Positions 40,420-54,791 of a DNA stretch of 64,000 bases are shown piece by piece. The DNA is from Octopus sinensis (lineage: Eukaryota): assembly GCF_006345805.1 (NCBI RefSeq), contig NC_043000.1:186001-250000 (forward strand). Direction: 5' to 3'. The translations under genes were made by a program, and so were the position numbers. Each line of letters begins with the position of its first letter. The stretch's first letter is position 1. The notes beneath the pieces are model-generated. The model had not been told where the DNA came from, did not search any database, and worked only from the letters and a program-made list of their open reading frames with translations.

Positions 40420-40798
40420 TTATTTAGATTATTTACATTCGATAGATATTTGTCCTCATCTTGTTTGTTGTTAACACAACGTTTCGGCTGATATACCCTC
40501 CAGCCTTCTTCAGGTGTCTTGGGGAAACTTCAAACCTGGGTTCTAATTTCTAAGGTATTTTTCGATGTTATTATTATTATTATTTTTCTTTTTATATAAT
40601 TATTATTGTTATTGTTATTATTATTATTGGTGGTGGGGGTGGTAGTGTTGTTGTTAGTGTTCAGGTCACTGCTTGGAATCGAACTCGGAATCTTGAGGTT
40701 AGTAGCCCGCGCTCTTAACCACTACGCCATATGCAAATGTCGAATTTAAATAATGTAAATAATGTACATAATTCCTCATCTCTTAAATATAGAACTGT
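40420..40798 (-). mobile_element. SINE-C: tRNA-like head, (AAT/AAC)n, hammerhead motif, plus inverted 3'-end copy
   Basis: Head gcatatggcgtagtggttaagagcgcggg...gagttcgattcc (A and B boxes) at 40660-40734; HHR at 40473-40518. Confidence 0.8.
40473..40518 (-). ncRNA. Minimal type I hammerhead ribozyme motif (canonical C3-G8 core)
   Basis: gacac CUGAAGA a ggcug-loop-cagcc GAAA cguu guguu: stem I 5 bp, stem II 5 bp, palindromic stem III (AACGUU), site GUU. Confidence 0.7.
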
Positions 40799-41238
40799 AT
40801 CATTGAAGACGTTGCAGACACTGCAAGAGAAAGAAAATTTAGATAGAGGATAAAAACATTCAATTATGATATAATATTTACTAGCAGTAAGTACCCAGCG
40901 GTGCCTGGCTTCATTAAAAACTAAATCAAATTACACCGGTGACTACAATGTATTTATAATTTCCGATTCTCTTCAGAAATAGAATTCGTCTCGAATTTAG
41001 TGGGAGAGATGGAATGTAGAGTGCTGTACTAAACACTGAATTTTAATCGTGGATGACTGGATTATGTCTGTGTGTATGAGTGTGTGTGTGTATGTGTGTG
41101 TGTGTGTTTGTGAGTGTGCGTGTATGTGTCCGTGTGCGCGTGTATGTGTCCGTGTGCGCGAGTATGTGTCCGTGTGCGCGTGTATGTGTCCGTGTGCGCG
41201 TGCGTGCGTGTTTATGTATGTGTGTGCGTGTTTGTGTG

Positions 41239-41360
<122 letters not shown>

Positions 41361-41418
41361 TTCATTCACACACACGCACACACATGCAGACACGCGCACG
41401 CACACATTCACACACATG

Positions 41419-41469
<51 letters not shown>

Positions 41470-42401
41470 TCGCGTTAAATTTCTACTAACCTCTTGAAGT
41501 ACTTCAAATTTTCAGATTCTTTTCAGATTTTCACAAATATAGCTGATAATGAAAATCACATCAATTTTCCTCTTTTTTATGAAAATAATACAAAGTTGCA
41601 TCTAGAATATAATTTTCGCCAGCCGGAAGCCTCCATTACCGGCTTAGCAGAAGTCGAACGTGTGTGTATGTGTGTCTACGGCAACCACACAAATACAAAT
41701 ATGATGAAACTTTTACGTGCTCACTCGACCTGCTAGAAATAGACTCCCATCTTGCTTAAAGTGATTCATAACGTCTAGAAAACAAAACGGACGGAACGTT
41801 GTGCTATAGCACCATATATTTACTCGCTTGAGATAAACCCAGGCGTTTTCCATTTGTTGAGCGCTATTAATAATATTTAAATGAAAGTCAATCTCCGTTG
41901 AGACTGACTTTATCGAACACACGACGCTTAAATCGCTTGCTGCTGGGCAGCGGAGATCGACATTAAATGTAATTTCTCTTTTCTTATAAAATTGTAAACA
42001 AAGTTTAAAGAAAAATATGGCGGCAATGATGGAGAAAGAATTGGGGGAAAACGCTGTAACTGTACGAAATATAGTGTCGATGATGATGATGATGATGGTT
42101 TTAATGGTATTCTTTGTTCATCACCGAACTTTGCAGGAAGATTTAGCTGCTACTCGAGAGATTACGTAAAGGTGTCATCTTCTTCGTGTCGGTGAGACAT
42201 GTGCGACTTCCACTCTGTCGGCAATGGATACTTCAGATTGGCTAAAATTGCACAATTTCAACTCCATCTAACAATTCTTTTAGTTAAATTCTAGAAAAGG
42301 AAATTAATGCGATCTTTGCATCAGCATGCAAAACTGTTAGGTTGACAAGAAAGCTCTTGCGGTTTTTAACCTTTAAATTCAGATGCACATATCTCAGCTC
42401 A

Positions 42402-42761
42402 TATCTCTGATGTGAAGGCGCATGGCTCAGTGGTTAGAGCGTCGAGCTTACGATCGTGAGGTTGTGAGCTCGAATCCCGGACCGGGCTGCGTGTTGTGTT
42501 CTCGAGCAAGGCACTTTATTTCACGTTGCTCCAGTTCACTCAGCTGTAGAAATGAGTTGCGACGTCACAGGTGCCAAGCTGTATTGACCTTTGTCTTTCC
42601 CTTGGATAACACTGATGGCGTGGAGAGGGGAGGCTGGTATGCATGGGCGACTGCTGATCTTCCATAAACAACCTTGCCCGGACTTGTGTCTAGGAGGGTA
42701 ACTTTCTAGGTGCAATCCCATGGTCATTCATGACCGAAGGGGGTCTTTACCTTACCCCTTT
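42402..42761 (+). mobile_element. SINE-E, tail type X
   Basis: 15 bp TSD acatatctcagctca at 42387-42401 and 42762-42776. Confidence 0.85.
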
Positions 42762-43457
42762 ACATATCTCAGCTCAAGCAAAACTTTATTAATCAAAATA
42801 AACACCATCAGAATCAATACACTTTTGCCCACGCGAAACAAGTTTATTTATGTGAACCATATTTACAAGACCTATGCATATCCAGTTCAACATTACTGAT
42901 AGTTGAGAAATCATACAATTGAAAAGGGGACTTTATGAAAATTTCCAGTTGATACTCGAAGGTTTTTGTATTATACCAAAGAGTAAACATGGTGTAACCA
43001 TTTTTTCCATATTATACTAAAAAGTATTCCAGCATTTGTTCTCCAGTTTTTAAAGTCAGTTGAGTGGTATTTTAGAGGAATTGAACTATTTGCGTTTGAC
43101 GATTAAAAATAACTGAATAAAGCTTTATTTCTTCTTCGTTGGCTTGGTAACATGAATGTGGTGAATGTGGTGTATGAAACCAGGAGAAACAATGACGATA
43201 TTTCGTCATAACTGAAAGTAAGCAGGAGGCACTCGCGTCAAACTAAGGAATTGAAGATATATGAGCTCACTTATTGAAATTAACGTAGTTAAGACACATA
43301 AATATATCAGATATTATATTGTGCGATTTGATCTATAAATCACACATCTAACAGTCAACACGTGTCCTATACATTTATGCATTACTAGATAATAAAACTA
43401 GCTTAAAAGCTTCTTTACATTATTACCGTTCTTATAGAAAGGTACTTTAAGTTGCCT

Positions 43458-43866
43458 TGGCAGAAACGTTAGCACGCCGGGCGAAATGCCTAGCAGTATT
43501 TTGTCTGTCGCTACGTTCTGAGTTCAAATTCCGCCGAGGTCGACTTTACCTTTCATCCTTTCGGGGTCGATTAAATAAGTACCGGATACGCACTGGGGTC
43601 GATATAATCAACTTAATCCGTTTTTCTGTCCTTGTTTGTCTTCTCTGTGTTTAGCCCCTTGTGGGTTGTAAAGAAATAGGTATTTCGTCTGCCGTTACGT
43701 TCTGAGTTCAAATTCCGCCAAGGTCGACTTAGCTTTTCATTCTCTCGGCGTCGATTAAATAAGTACCAGTTACGCACAGGGGTCAATATAATCGACTTAA
43801 TCCCTTTGTCTGTCCGTGTTTGTCCCCTCTATGTTCAGCCCCTTGTGAGCAATAAAGTAATAAGAT
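43458..43866 (+). mobile_element. SINE-A dimer
   Basis: Junction gaaatagg|tatttc at 43680. Confidence 0.85.
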
Positions 43867-44100
43867 TTATGGGAGATCGTAATCCATATAAGGTAAACGA
43901 AGTTCTACCACAATGGTTCTCAACCGGGATCCAAATGAACCCAAGGATTCTATATGAGATTGGAGCGGGGGCACACAAACAAAATAGCAAATTGGGGATC
44001 CATTGTAGTATATAAAGTGTCTACGAAAAATAGACTTAGGTGTATTTATTGCAAGAAACTGCAAAATTTCTTTCTCAAATGTTTTACATAGTCCAACCTA

Positions 44101-44487
44101 GTGGAGGCACAATAGCCCAGTGGTTAGGGCAGCGGACTCGCGGTCATAGGATTGCGGTTTCGATTCCCAGACCGGGCGTTGTGAGTGTTTATTGAGCGAA
44201 AACACATAAAGCTCCACGAGGCTCCGGCAGGGGATGGTGATGATCCCTGCTGTACTCTTTCACTACAACTTTCTCTCACTCTTACTTCCTGTTTCTGTTG
44301 TACCTGTATTTCAAAGGGCCGGCCTTGTCACTCTCTGTGTCACGCTGAATATCCCCGAGAACTACGTTAAGGGTACACGTGTCTGTGGAGTGCTCAGCCA
44401 CTTACACGTTAATTTCACGAGCAGGCTGTTCCGTTGATTCGGATCAACCGGAACCCTCGTCGTCGTAACCGACGGAGTGCTTCCACC
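44101..44487 (+). mobile_element. SINE-D, full length
   Basis: Head ggaggcacaatagcccagtggttagggcagcggactcgcggtc (TCG); 15 bp TSD acatagtccaaccta at 44086-44100 and 44488-44502. Confidence 0.9.
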
Positions 44488-44596
44488 ACATAGTCCAACC
44501 TACACAAGTTAACGTGCGAAAAACAAAACAGAAATTTTTAAAGAAATTTCTAAAATAAAAAAAAAACAGTGTATAAAGATTATATTTAAAATTTAA

Positions 44597-44676
44597 GCTT
44601 AAAGGTTCAGAGCACCGCGACGCGTAATCACGGAGGTGTGAGTTCGAGTCTCATAGCCGGCCACCAACACTTTTTT
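44597..44676 (+). pseudogene. 5'-truncated tRNA-like remnant (CGT loop)
   Basis: D-stem gctt/gagc, T-arm gtgag-ttcgagt-ctcat, 3' gccggccacca, then T6. The acceptor 5' strand is missing. Confidence 0.45.
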
Positions 44677-44832
44677 CTGCAAAATAGGGGTAGCTTATCC
44701 TGTTCGGGCTATATTATTAGCATCATCCTCCGTTTGGGAATTTAAAATCACTTCTTGAACTTTCGAAGACATCTCAACGCTTCTAAAAGCAAACATCGTT
44801 TGTTTTTTTACGTTCATCGTAATTTGAATTTA

Positions 44833-44863
<31 letters not shown>

Positions 44864-44949
44864 GTTGTTGTTGTTAGAGAGAGAGAGAGAGAGGGATAGA
44901 TAGGTTGATGGACAGACCGACAGACAGACAGATAGACAGATAGATAGAC

Positions 44950-45008
<59 letters not shown>

Positions 45009-45914
45009 CTGATATATAGATAAACATGCATATATGCACATATACATATGTATGTGTGTGCGTATGTGTGTGTGTGTATGTGTGTGAATTAGAGTGCAGA
45101 AGGCTCATTTTTGCCATTCCAGACACAGAGATTCTTCAATTTAGGGAATCATTTAAGACTTGGTCTCAAAGTTTCGTCGCGCTGCCTGTAACCTGTTCAC
45201 GGACACAGTCGTGGTATTAGATCAAATCACTTGCAAAACAAGTCAGCTCCAAAATATGTGGTATATGTGTATGTATGTATGTATGTATGTATGTATGTAT
45301 GTATGTATGTATGTATGTATGTATGTGTGTGTGTGCACGCGTGTGTGTGTGATGTATAAATGACTTTCTGTATATGTGTATATGTCTATTTGCGTATACA
45401 TGAGGTTGAGCAAGGGACAATATTTGAATGTATATATTTCCAAGAACTTCCCACTGAATGGTGACAATATATTCGCATATATAATTTAATTTATAGATTT
45501 GGAATTTTAACAGAAATCAACATGAGTATAAACTTATCAGATTTATAATCTTGAACTCTACCAGGATATTACATGCAGCAGATAGTATTTTTCAAATCTG
45601 AAATTTTGTTTTACATATTTAATATTTTATTTCTTTGCACGTTGCAGAGTATAAATCTAGTAACATTTGTTACAATTAAGACATTATATTTAACATTTAA
45701 ATCTAGATTTTAAGCAATAAGTATTGACTGCTACATGCCCTTCATTAAGACGTAGTTTTGTCGCAGCATCTATTGGATTTCTTAATCTCTTTTTGATAAG
45801 AAGTGGTAAATCTATCAAAATACTAGGACCTTGAAATTGAAGTATTCAAGATGTGGGGCATGAGTGTGACACAATAATACTAGTAATTGGAGAATTAGGC
45901 ATCAATTTTAAAAT

Positions 45915-46130
45915 ATGAAAAGAAATAAAGAAACCATACCAGGTCTCACAGCACTACAACCTACCTCAGAAAGAGCTCTGCTAAGAAGAGCCTACATCTG
46001 GCGCATGACACTATCAAGTCAAGAGTTACCGACTTTAAATGCACATACTACAAAATATACCGGACTTCAGGACACTATTGGACTACACGCCAATCATGTA
46101 ATTTCCCTCGTGTTTAACCGAGATTGCTAA
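45915..46130 (+). pseudogene. Possible DNA-transposase C-terminal remnant (LxPT...RA..W motif, Academ-like)
   Basis: LQPTSERALLRRAYIWR...QELP; weak resemblance only. Confidence 0.3.
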
Positions 46131-47412
46131 GTGCGTCAATAAAACCACGGTCTTAGACAAGACTATTCATCACTTAGACAAACCTTATCATTGTAGATCC
46201 TCTTAGTAATTTTATGTAGTATAGGAAAAGAAAGACTGACTAGCTCATCTACCTGTACCGACTGTGTGACTTTTATACACCACTGAAATTCCGACATCAT
46301 CACCTGATGAATAAAATTTGTTTGCGTGCATAACATATCTTCTACGCTATTCTATCATACCCAGAACAACGGCAAAATAATTTGGTCCCCTGCTTAGACA
46401 ATGACCAGTAATGATCATTCAGGATCTTATACTGTTGTGGCTGATGTCAGCATCATCATCATCATCATTAAGGCGAACTGACGGAATAGTTACCGCGGCA
46501 GCCAAAATGCTTCGCGGCATTTCATTCATCGCCAACGATACACACGCGGTCACACTAATAATGATAATGATAATAATCTATGTATGTGTGTGTATCTGTG
46601 TTTGTCCTCCCACGACCGATGCTGGCGTGTTTATGTTCCCATAACTTAGCGGTTCGGCAAAAGAGATCGATATAATAAGTACTAGGCTTACGAAGAATAG
46701 GTCTCGGGTTCGATTTGTTTGACTGAAAACCCTTTAAAGCAGTGCTCCAGCATGGCTGCAGTCAAATGACTGAAGCAAATAAAAAAAATATAAAAGACTA
46801 GTTAAAATTATACAAACTAAGTGAAGACTTACCTACCTAGGGCTAAACACCAATAATATCGAAAGTGCTAATGTTCTGACATTGTCACATCTGTCGAGAT
46901 ATGGCATAAATTAGATCTGGTCTAAGGTTTGCGAAACTGTAATTCAAGGAAGACAAGAGAGCAGCTAATTATTTCATGGGTTATTATAATTATACTAATT
47001 AGTCTGTAATTAATAGGCAGGGACGGGGGATTGCTACCAACCTTTAATATACATATATTTTTTAATGGTTGTCTGTCTTAACAGGCGGAGCTCCAGGCGG
47101 CTGTTGTTGCTATCGCCAAGAAGATTGGATAGTATTACATACACAAAACATATGGTATGGAAATTCTTTTAATTGACATGTGCCTGACTTGGGATTGGAT
47201 AAGGTGGAAGGGGAAATGTAGTGTGGTGTAAAGCTTCGTGAACGTGGTGGAGATAGGATGGCGGTGGAGTGGAGGCGACCAAAAGAAAAAAGGGAGACAA
47301 TCGTGTAGCAGAGACAGAAAAAAGGGCAAGTGTGTTAGCGAAAGATAAGAGTATAGTCATAGAGTAAGTACGAAGACGTGCCGTAGCTCGTAGCGTTATG
47401 GTGACCGATTAC

Positions 47413-47444
<32 letters not shown>

Positions 47445-47560
47445 TGTTTATTTTCAGTGTGCGAGTGTTAGGGGAGACGTCATGGATATGCAGAATGATG
47501 GCGGATTATTTCCAAAGAAACATAGCAAGAGTTTGTGTGTGTATCAATGTGTGTGTGTGC

Positions 47561-47593
<33 letters not shown>

Positions 47594-47879
47594 TAAGAGA
47601 AGTAGCGGAGAGTGAAAGGGAGAGTGAATGCGATAAGGTATAATTGGGTTGTTGGGGAGTGAGTGATGAATGCATGCAGAGAAAAATACGCAAGAATAGG
47701 AAGGAAGTTTGAAAAGCTAATGGTGTTCATTGAAAAGAAGAAAGCGAATCATAATAGAGGAGGAGAGAGGGGGAGGGAGGATGGGGAGGAGGGAAGAGAA
47801 TGATGTTTGTTAAAGCGAGAGAGACTATTGGGAGATTATTATAAAGAAAGCAGATTTTGTTCGGAAAACATACTAAAGA

Positions 47880-48124
47880 AAGGAGAAATTACTGGGGAAA
47901 AGGCAATCGAAGGAGAGGGGCTTTCTCCGTCCGGGTTGCGGATCCGTGGAATAAGCTGCCGGACGAGGTAGTGAAGATGCCGACGACCGCTCGGTTCAAA
48001 GTCTCTCTTGATCAGAAATGGCCTGAACTCTTTGCATGAACACCCTCCCTGTACATAACTCCATGTCCCCCTACATGGCCTTGCTTTTTGCTTTTTGAGC
48101 CAAAAAATTAACTAACTAACTAAG
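47880..48124 (+). mobile_element. 5'-truncated CR1-type LINE 3' end
   Basis: RRGAFSVRVADPWNKLPDEVVKMPTTARFKVSLD; tail (TAAC)n. Confidence 0.75.
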
Positions 48125-50339
48125 GAACAGATAGAGTATCGGTAGAATAGTTTTTAAAAAAGGGGTAAAAGGTGAGGTGGTCCTTTAAGGAAAGAGGTCA
48201 GTGGAATTATATTTTAAAGAAGGAAGACATTATCCGTTGTATTTAAGAAGACCACTTGTATGTTAAGGCTACTACTGCATTCTGTCTCCTCACGCCGGAG
48301 TCGATGTCTCATCAGGCGGTGAATCAGATCTCTAGCTGTTTCGGCCCTTTTCACTGCGACACCAGAGCTTCCTCGGAACGCCCACCGATATGGGTTATAA
48401 AACTCCTGCACAACGGCACGAGTTTTGTTGAGTCAGATGCTGCGACTCTTGGTTAGATGCGTTTACTAACCTCAACGCTCTTTCGTACTGTATCACTAGT
48501 CCACTCTTTTAAGCCAGTTGTACTGGCTTGCATTCTGAACGGCTTCCGTCGATTTTCTGCCAGCATTTTTTCTCTCCTTTTCTTTCTACTGATAATGATA
48601 TATTTAAATGAAGCGACAGATATTCTTGAAGCAATTATTTCATGTGGAATTAAATATATAATAAACAGAGAGTATAAGATCAACTATTTTAATATCACAT
48701 CAATCCTCCTCAGGCGCAATATAACTGCAACTATTACATTTTGTTATCAGATTTTTACACAATATCCAATTCTCCTTTTTCTCTCATATATATGTATGGA
48801 TTTATGTATGCATGCATACATGTATGTATGTATGCATGCATGCATGCATGCATACATGTATGTATGCGCATGTGTGTGTGTTTGTGTGATGATCACTCAC
48901 TCGTTACCAAGGAAAACTGTTTCAGATCATTGAGAACATTGTGCACTGAAGCAGCAATGTCCGTACAAAATCTCAATGTCTGTGCCAAATTTTAGGTCCA
49001 ATAAATCCTTCTCTTAGAAACATTATTTAACAAAAGCTAAGCCGTGCCTCATTCCCAGTGATCTTCCAGCCAGTCAGACACCGACCCGGAATTTCTGAGC
49101 GTCTGTGCTATTTGCTAGATAGGCGTTGTATACACTGGGTTCATTCGCCCTTTTCCTAGGTCTTGTTTTTAGTCCTGCTGGGTTTTCAGTAACCCTCCTC
49201 ATAAGACTAGCTTGATGGGTGGGGGGTGTCTGTTTAGTTGCCAACAACTCGGCCATGCAACAGGTTGTACTGGATTCTGTGTTGCCTGTAGCACTCATGA
49301 GAAACATCAGGTGACCAGAGAGAGAGAGAGGGAGGGGGAGAGAGAGGGAGAGAAAGAGAAATTTGCATATGCACGCGCACACAAACACACACAAACTCAC
49401 ATATCTATGTATATACGTATGTCTGCATATATTCGTGTATTTCTATAATATTAGTCCTTGCAAATTAGCAAATTATCTTCATTGAGGATACGACCGCTGA
49501 TCTTCTGTCAAGGTCACTAAAATATAACCACTACACATATAAAAGCAGGAATTCGAAGATCATATTTCCTGATCTCTCATGATACCAGCACATAATAATC
49601 ATGGCTAAATCTGTCTCTCTGTGTTGAGATTGTCCCTTGAGATATAGAAATACTTCAACTATTGTTAATTGCTGATCAAGTACACATTACAGCACTAATG
49701 TTAGTACTAGAAATTTCTGAAAAGTAACACCAACTTTCTCAAAGCCGACATAAGCATATTGTTTCTTTTCTGTGGTGTTTCTACCACTCCTTCAAAAGTT
49801 TCTCCAGCTTTGGATTAGTAAATTGTACGTAATATCCTTTCTCACCTCTGTTTTATTAATGTTTCTCTCCTCAGTCACATTGCTTAATATTTATTTATCA
49901 AAGATCTACAACTTATAGGTGCAGGAGTGGTTGTGTGGTAAGTAGCTTACTTACCAACCACATGGTTCCGGGTTCAGCATAACAAATATATAAAAAAGAC
50001 ACGACAGACTAATCGACAGAAACGAAGCAAAACCTACTGAACAAACCCACGCCGAGAAATATAAAAGAGGAGAAGTACCGAGTAATCCGTGTTCACGCCT
50101 AAGAATGATTGTGGAATGAAACTCTTGTCAGAAGAAAGTAAATTAATTTACCAAAAATTGTATATTCTACATATATTAATAGTTATCGCCAAGCTAATAT
50201 GGCAGTCCAGAAATATAGGACGAATGCTGCCGTTGGTTAGCTCCAAGAGGCCATCGCCTCTAGCTAGCTATGTGACACACGAACCTATGTCCATTATAAC
50301 CTTCGAACAGGGAAGGTCAGCCGCTTTGCTGGTCAGGCA

Positions 50340-50382
50340 TCTGCAGACTAGTTTCAGGCTATTTGCCCCTTATCAATGAAGA
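50340..50382 (-). ncRNA. Minimal hammerhead motif with U3-A8 core
   Basis: ucuuca UUGAUAA gggg-c-aaaua-gccu GAAA cuag uc ugcaga; stem III palindrome ACUAGU, site GUC. Confidence 0.6.
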
Positions 50383-50704
50383 GCAGCCGAACCCAGCTAC
50401 AATTTGTATTAAGCACTGATTTGTTATTCACCTATAAACACACAAACATTCACACACACACACACACATGCATGTGTGTGAATGCGCGTGCATGTGTGTG
50501 CGTCATATGCGTGTGTATGTATGTGTAAATGTATAAAAGGATAAAAGGCAAAGTCTACCTCGGCGGAATTTTGAACTCAGAACGTAACGACAGACGAAAT
50601 ACCGCTAAGCATTTCGCCCGGCGCGCTAACGTTTCTGCATGTGTACATGTAGGATACATATATATATATATATATATAATATATATATAATATATATATA
50701 TATA

Positions 50705-50764
<60 letters not shown>

Positions 50765-50788
50765 CATATATATATAATATATATAACA

Positions 50789-50855
<67 letters not shown>

Positions 50856-51410
50856 AGATAGACTAACGGACCGAAAGTGAGAGCGAGAAAAAGAGAGAGA
50901 ATTCAGACTTTATAAAGTGTCAAATTTAGCACAATATTTAAATCGTTATTATACCCTATACTAAGCATTCGTGTAGATTTACATGCGCACGTGGTGTTTA
51001 TAAAAATGCGTAACATATATATTGCACAAATAATTTCTACTAGAATTCGTATGCCAATAATATTGCAATTAAACGAGAATGTGCGGAAGAAACCTAAGGC
51101 GGAGTTAGCAATTGGAACCATGTGTTAGTGAGAGTAAACATTGGTTTCAAATTTTGACACAAGGCCAGCAATTTCGGGGTATGGGTAAGTCGATTATATC
51201 CACCCCAGTGCACAACTGGTGCTTATTTCATCTTATTTTATCGACCGCGAAAGGAAGAAAGACAAAGTCGACCCCGTTGGAATTTGAACTCAGAACTCAC
51301 AACGGATGAAATGCCGTGAAGCATTTTTCCCACCGTGCTGGCGAATCTACCAGCTTGCCGCGCTTTAGTGTGCGTAAATAATTAAAAAGTCCTTTGCGTA
51401 TGTACAAACA

Positions 51411-51472
<62 letters not shown>

Positions 51473-52038
51473 CACACAAACACACACACAGACGCACACA
51501 GAAACGCACACATACGCTCATACACACAGAGCTGCCTATTGGGCAGTTGAAGGGGGAAGGAGAAAGGGACCATATACCGGTGAAGATATGGCAAGGGACT
51601 AGGTGAGATGTGTTAATGGAGTTGGGTGTCACCTGAAATGAAGTGTGCTGTTTGGCACAGAATGGTACCACTCGAAGAACCCATTTCGCCTGACAAACTT
51701 TGAGCGAACGAAGATAACATCATATATATATATGAAGTAGTAGCACACGAAGTACCATTATTTGCTGGAAATAGCAGTGGGTAACCGGTCGGCACTAGGT
51801 AAAGCTTCACTGGATGTATAAGGGCAGAGATGTGTGCGGGCGGAGAATATTAAAAAAATTGCATTACCTCTAGGTAGAAGGCTAGAGCAATGGATAACTT
51901 AATACTCTAGTTTCAAACTTCTCAGAATACGTGTATAAATGTAAATCTGATTGGGTCTCTTCAGTTAGGTCTACCAGGAATGAATAAATATAAAATATTC
52001 GCTACATCAATGACTCGGCCGATAGTCCCAGCTATAAT

Positions 52039-52074
<36 letters not shown>

Positions 52075-53244
52075 CAGATAGATAGATAGATCGATAGATA
52101 GATTCGGAAATGTGTGCTTTATATGTGTGCTTAAAAGCAGCCAGCATTAACTAAATAAAATCTTTCTAAAAAGATAAATGTTCAAATGTAGTGTTGAATA
52201 TTATTTATAATAATTTTATTGATAGTAAGGCGGCGAGCTGGTAAAGACGTTAGCGCGCCGTGCAAAACGTTTAGCAGTATTTCGTCTGTTTTTAAGTTCT
52301 GTGTTCAAATTCCGCCGAGGTCGACTTTGCCTTTCATCCTTTCGGAGTCGATAAATTAAGTGCCAGTTGCGTACTGGGATCGATCTAATCGACTCCCCGA
52401 AAACATGGGGCCTTGTTCCTAGAGTAGAAATGAATAATTTCATTGATAGTGATTTCGAAATTTCGTCCATAGTGTAGTTTATTCAACCTGAGATTTATCA
52501 GTAAATGTTGAAACTTCAACTAAGTAACGGGAACATAAACACACCAGCATCGGTTGTCAAGCAATGCTAGGGGGACAAACACAGACACACAAACACACAC
52601 ACACGCATATATATATATACATATATACGACGGGCTTTTTCAGTTTTCGTCTACCAAATCCACTGACAAGGTTTTGGTCAGCCCGAGGCTATAGTAGAAG
52701 ACACTTACCCAAGGTGCCACGCAGTGGGACTGAACCCGGAACTATGTGGTTGGTAAGCAAGCTACTTACCACACAGTCACTCCTGCGCCTATATATATGA
52801 TATCTAATTATCTTTCTCTATATATATAATTATTTGGGGGGAACGGTGCATCTCGAAGCAGATAAAGCTATAAATAATAGTTTGTAAAAGTTGGGTTAAA
52901 AAACCCTTGGATAGAAAAAGTCGAAGATAGTGTAATGAACTCGAACCCACATCCTCTGTAAACAACATAGAGAGATAGATAAATAGGTGTGTTTGTGTAT
53001 ATAAGAGAGAGAGAATCTGTTTCAGTAATTGGTTGGGAGTTTATTTATCGACCTCGAAAGCTAAAATTACTTGAACGCTATTTGAACTCAGAGCCTAGAG
53101 AGTCCGGATGAATACTGTATGCATGCATGCATAAACACGCATACGTATACCTAAGTATGAACTTATGTAAGCACATGTATTTTGTGTGTGTATATAAATA
53201 TAAGTATCGACAGAAAACAAGAGGTTAATAGGCCGATGAATCTA

Positions 53245-53646
53245 TATTCTTTTCTACTCTAAGCATAAGGCCTGAAATTTTGAGGGAAGGGGCAACTCGA
53301 TTAGATCGACTCCAGTACGCAACTGGTACTTAATTTATCGACCCCGAAAGGATGAAATGCTAAGTCGACCTCGGCGGAATTTGAAATCTGAACGTAAAGA
53401 CAGACGAAACACCTATTTCTTTACTACCCACAAGGGGCTAAACACAGGGGGAACAAACAAGGACAGACAAACGGATTAAGTCGATTACATCGACCCAGTG
53501 CGTAACTGGTACTTATTTAAATCGACCCCGAAAGGATGAAAGGCAAAGTCGACCTCGGTGGAATTTGAACTCAGAACGTAACGGCAGACGAAATACCGCT
53601 AAGCATTTCGCCCGACGTGCTAACGATTCTGCCAGCTCGCCGCCTT
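53245..53646 (-). mobile_element. SINE-A dimer with tail2
   Basis: Junction gaaacac|ctatttc at ~53411. Confidence 0.85.
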
Positions 53647-54791
53647 CGGTAAATTCATATTACTGCTCGTTGTAAAATTTCTTTAAGAACATATAACATA
53701 CTCCAATGATTCAAATATTCGGCTCCATTATATTAGGTTTCTTAATACGTCGTAGCGGATTAGATTTTCGGGCAACGTTATATTAGACCGGCAGTAATTA
53801 ACAAGACTCATGAGTAAGTTAGTCCCTAGGGTGTTTTAACTTGGTAACGGAAATCACATGAAGTATGTCTTAAAATGTTACTGAATCCAGTGTGTGTAAA
53901 ATTTGTAGGTTTCGGTATATGTTTAACGGAACTTTAAGGTTGTCATGAGTTAAAATACGTAAATAATTGCTTCCTTGTGGCATCAATAATTAAACTCATT
54001 GAGGGCGGTTGGTTGTGGATATGAAAACTCGTTAGAGCGTCGGACAAAATGTCATGTGATGCTTCTTACTTACGGTCTCTCACGTTCTGAGTTCAAATCA
54101 TACCGAATTCAACTTTAGTTTCCATGGTTTATTTATGTATTTTTTTTTTTTTACTTGTTTCAATCTTTGGATTGCTGCCATGCTTGGGGGAACTACCTTG
54201 AAGGTTTTCTTTCTTTTTTTTTTTTTTTTGAGCAAATCGAAGCCAGTACTTACTTTATTTTCAGCCTGCTATTTTAATTTTTTTTTTTTTTTTTTTTTTT
54301 GCTGAAGTGCAAAACTTACGGGAACATAAACAAACCAATACCGGGTGTCAGGTAGACAAATATTTACACGCACGCACACATGCACACACGCACACACCAC
54401 ACACACATGTTGTTGGCAACGAGAATTGTCTGCCATTGGCACCGGAACTGCCAGATCACGTGATTTCGACGTACTCTGATTTCGACGTTGATCACTGAGT
54501 AAATTGATTACATCAACTTACTACCTCCCCCGAAATTGCTGGCTTTGTGCTAAAATCTGAGACCAGCATTTACTGCGGATTTCATCTGAAGGGAAAGGAG
54601 TCCATCAATTATAAATTGCTACTCGTATCCCTAAACAATACGAAAACTGATTTGCAGCCGAAACATGTGTAGAAATTAAAGGAGTTCCACAAATGGTATT
54701 TATTCTTACTGCTTGTAATCCCATTTCAGGATAAGTTAAATTCAATTCTCCAACGAATAGCCAGCTTCTACTATGCTTCTACTTCTCATTG

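Noticed and set aside
44103-44175. SINE heads (A-E) as tRNA genes
   Set aside because: They lack paired acceptor stems and run directly into SINE bodies bounded by TSDs.
48215-48560. Possible L1/Tx1 fragments (also ~51570-51720, ~6200-6560)
   Set aside because: Resemblance too weak to support by eye; would need a tblastx/HMM search.
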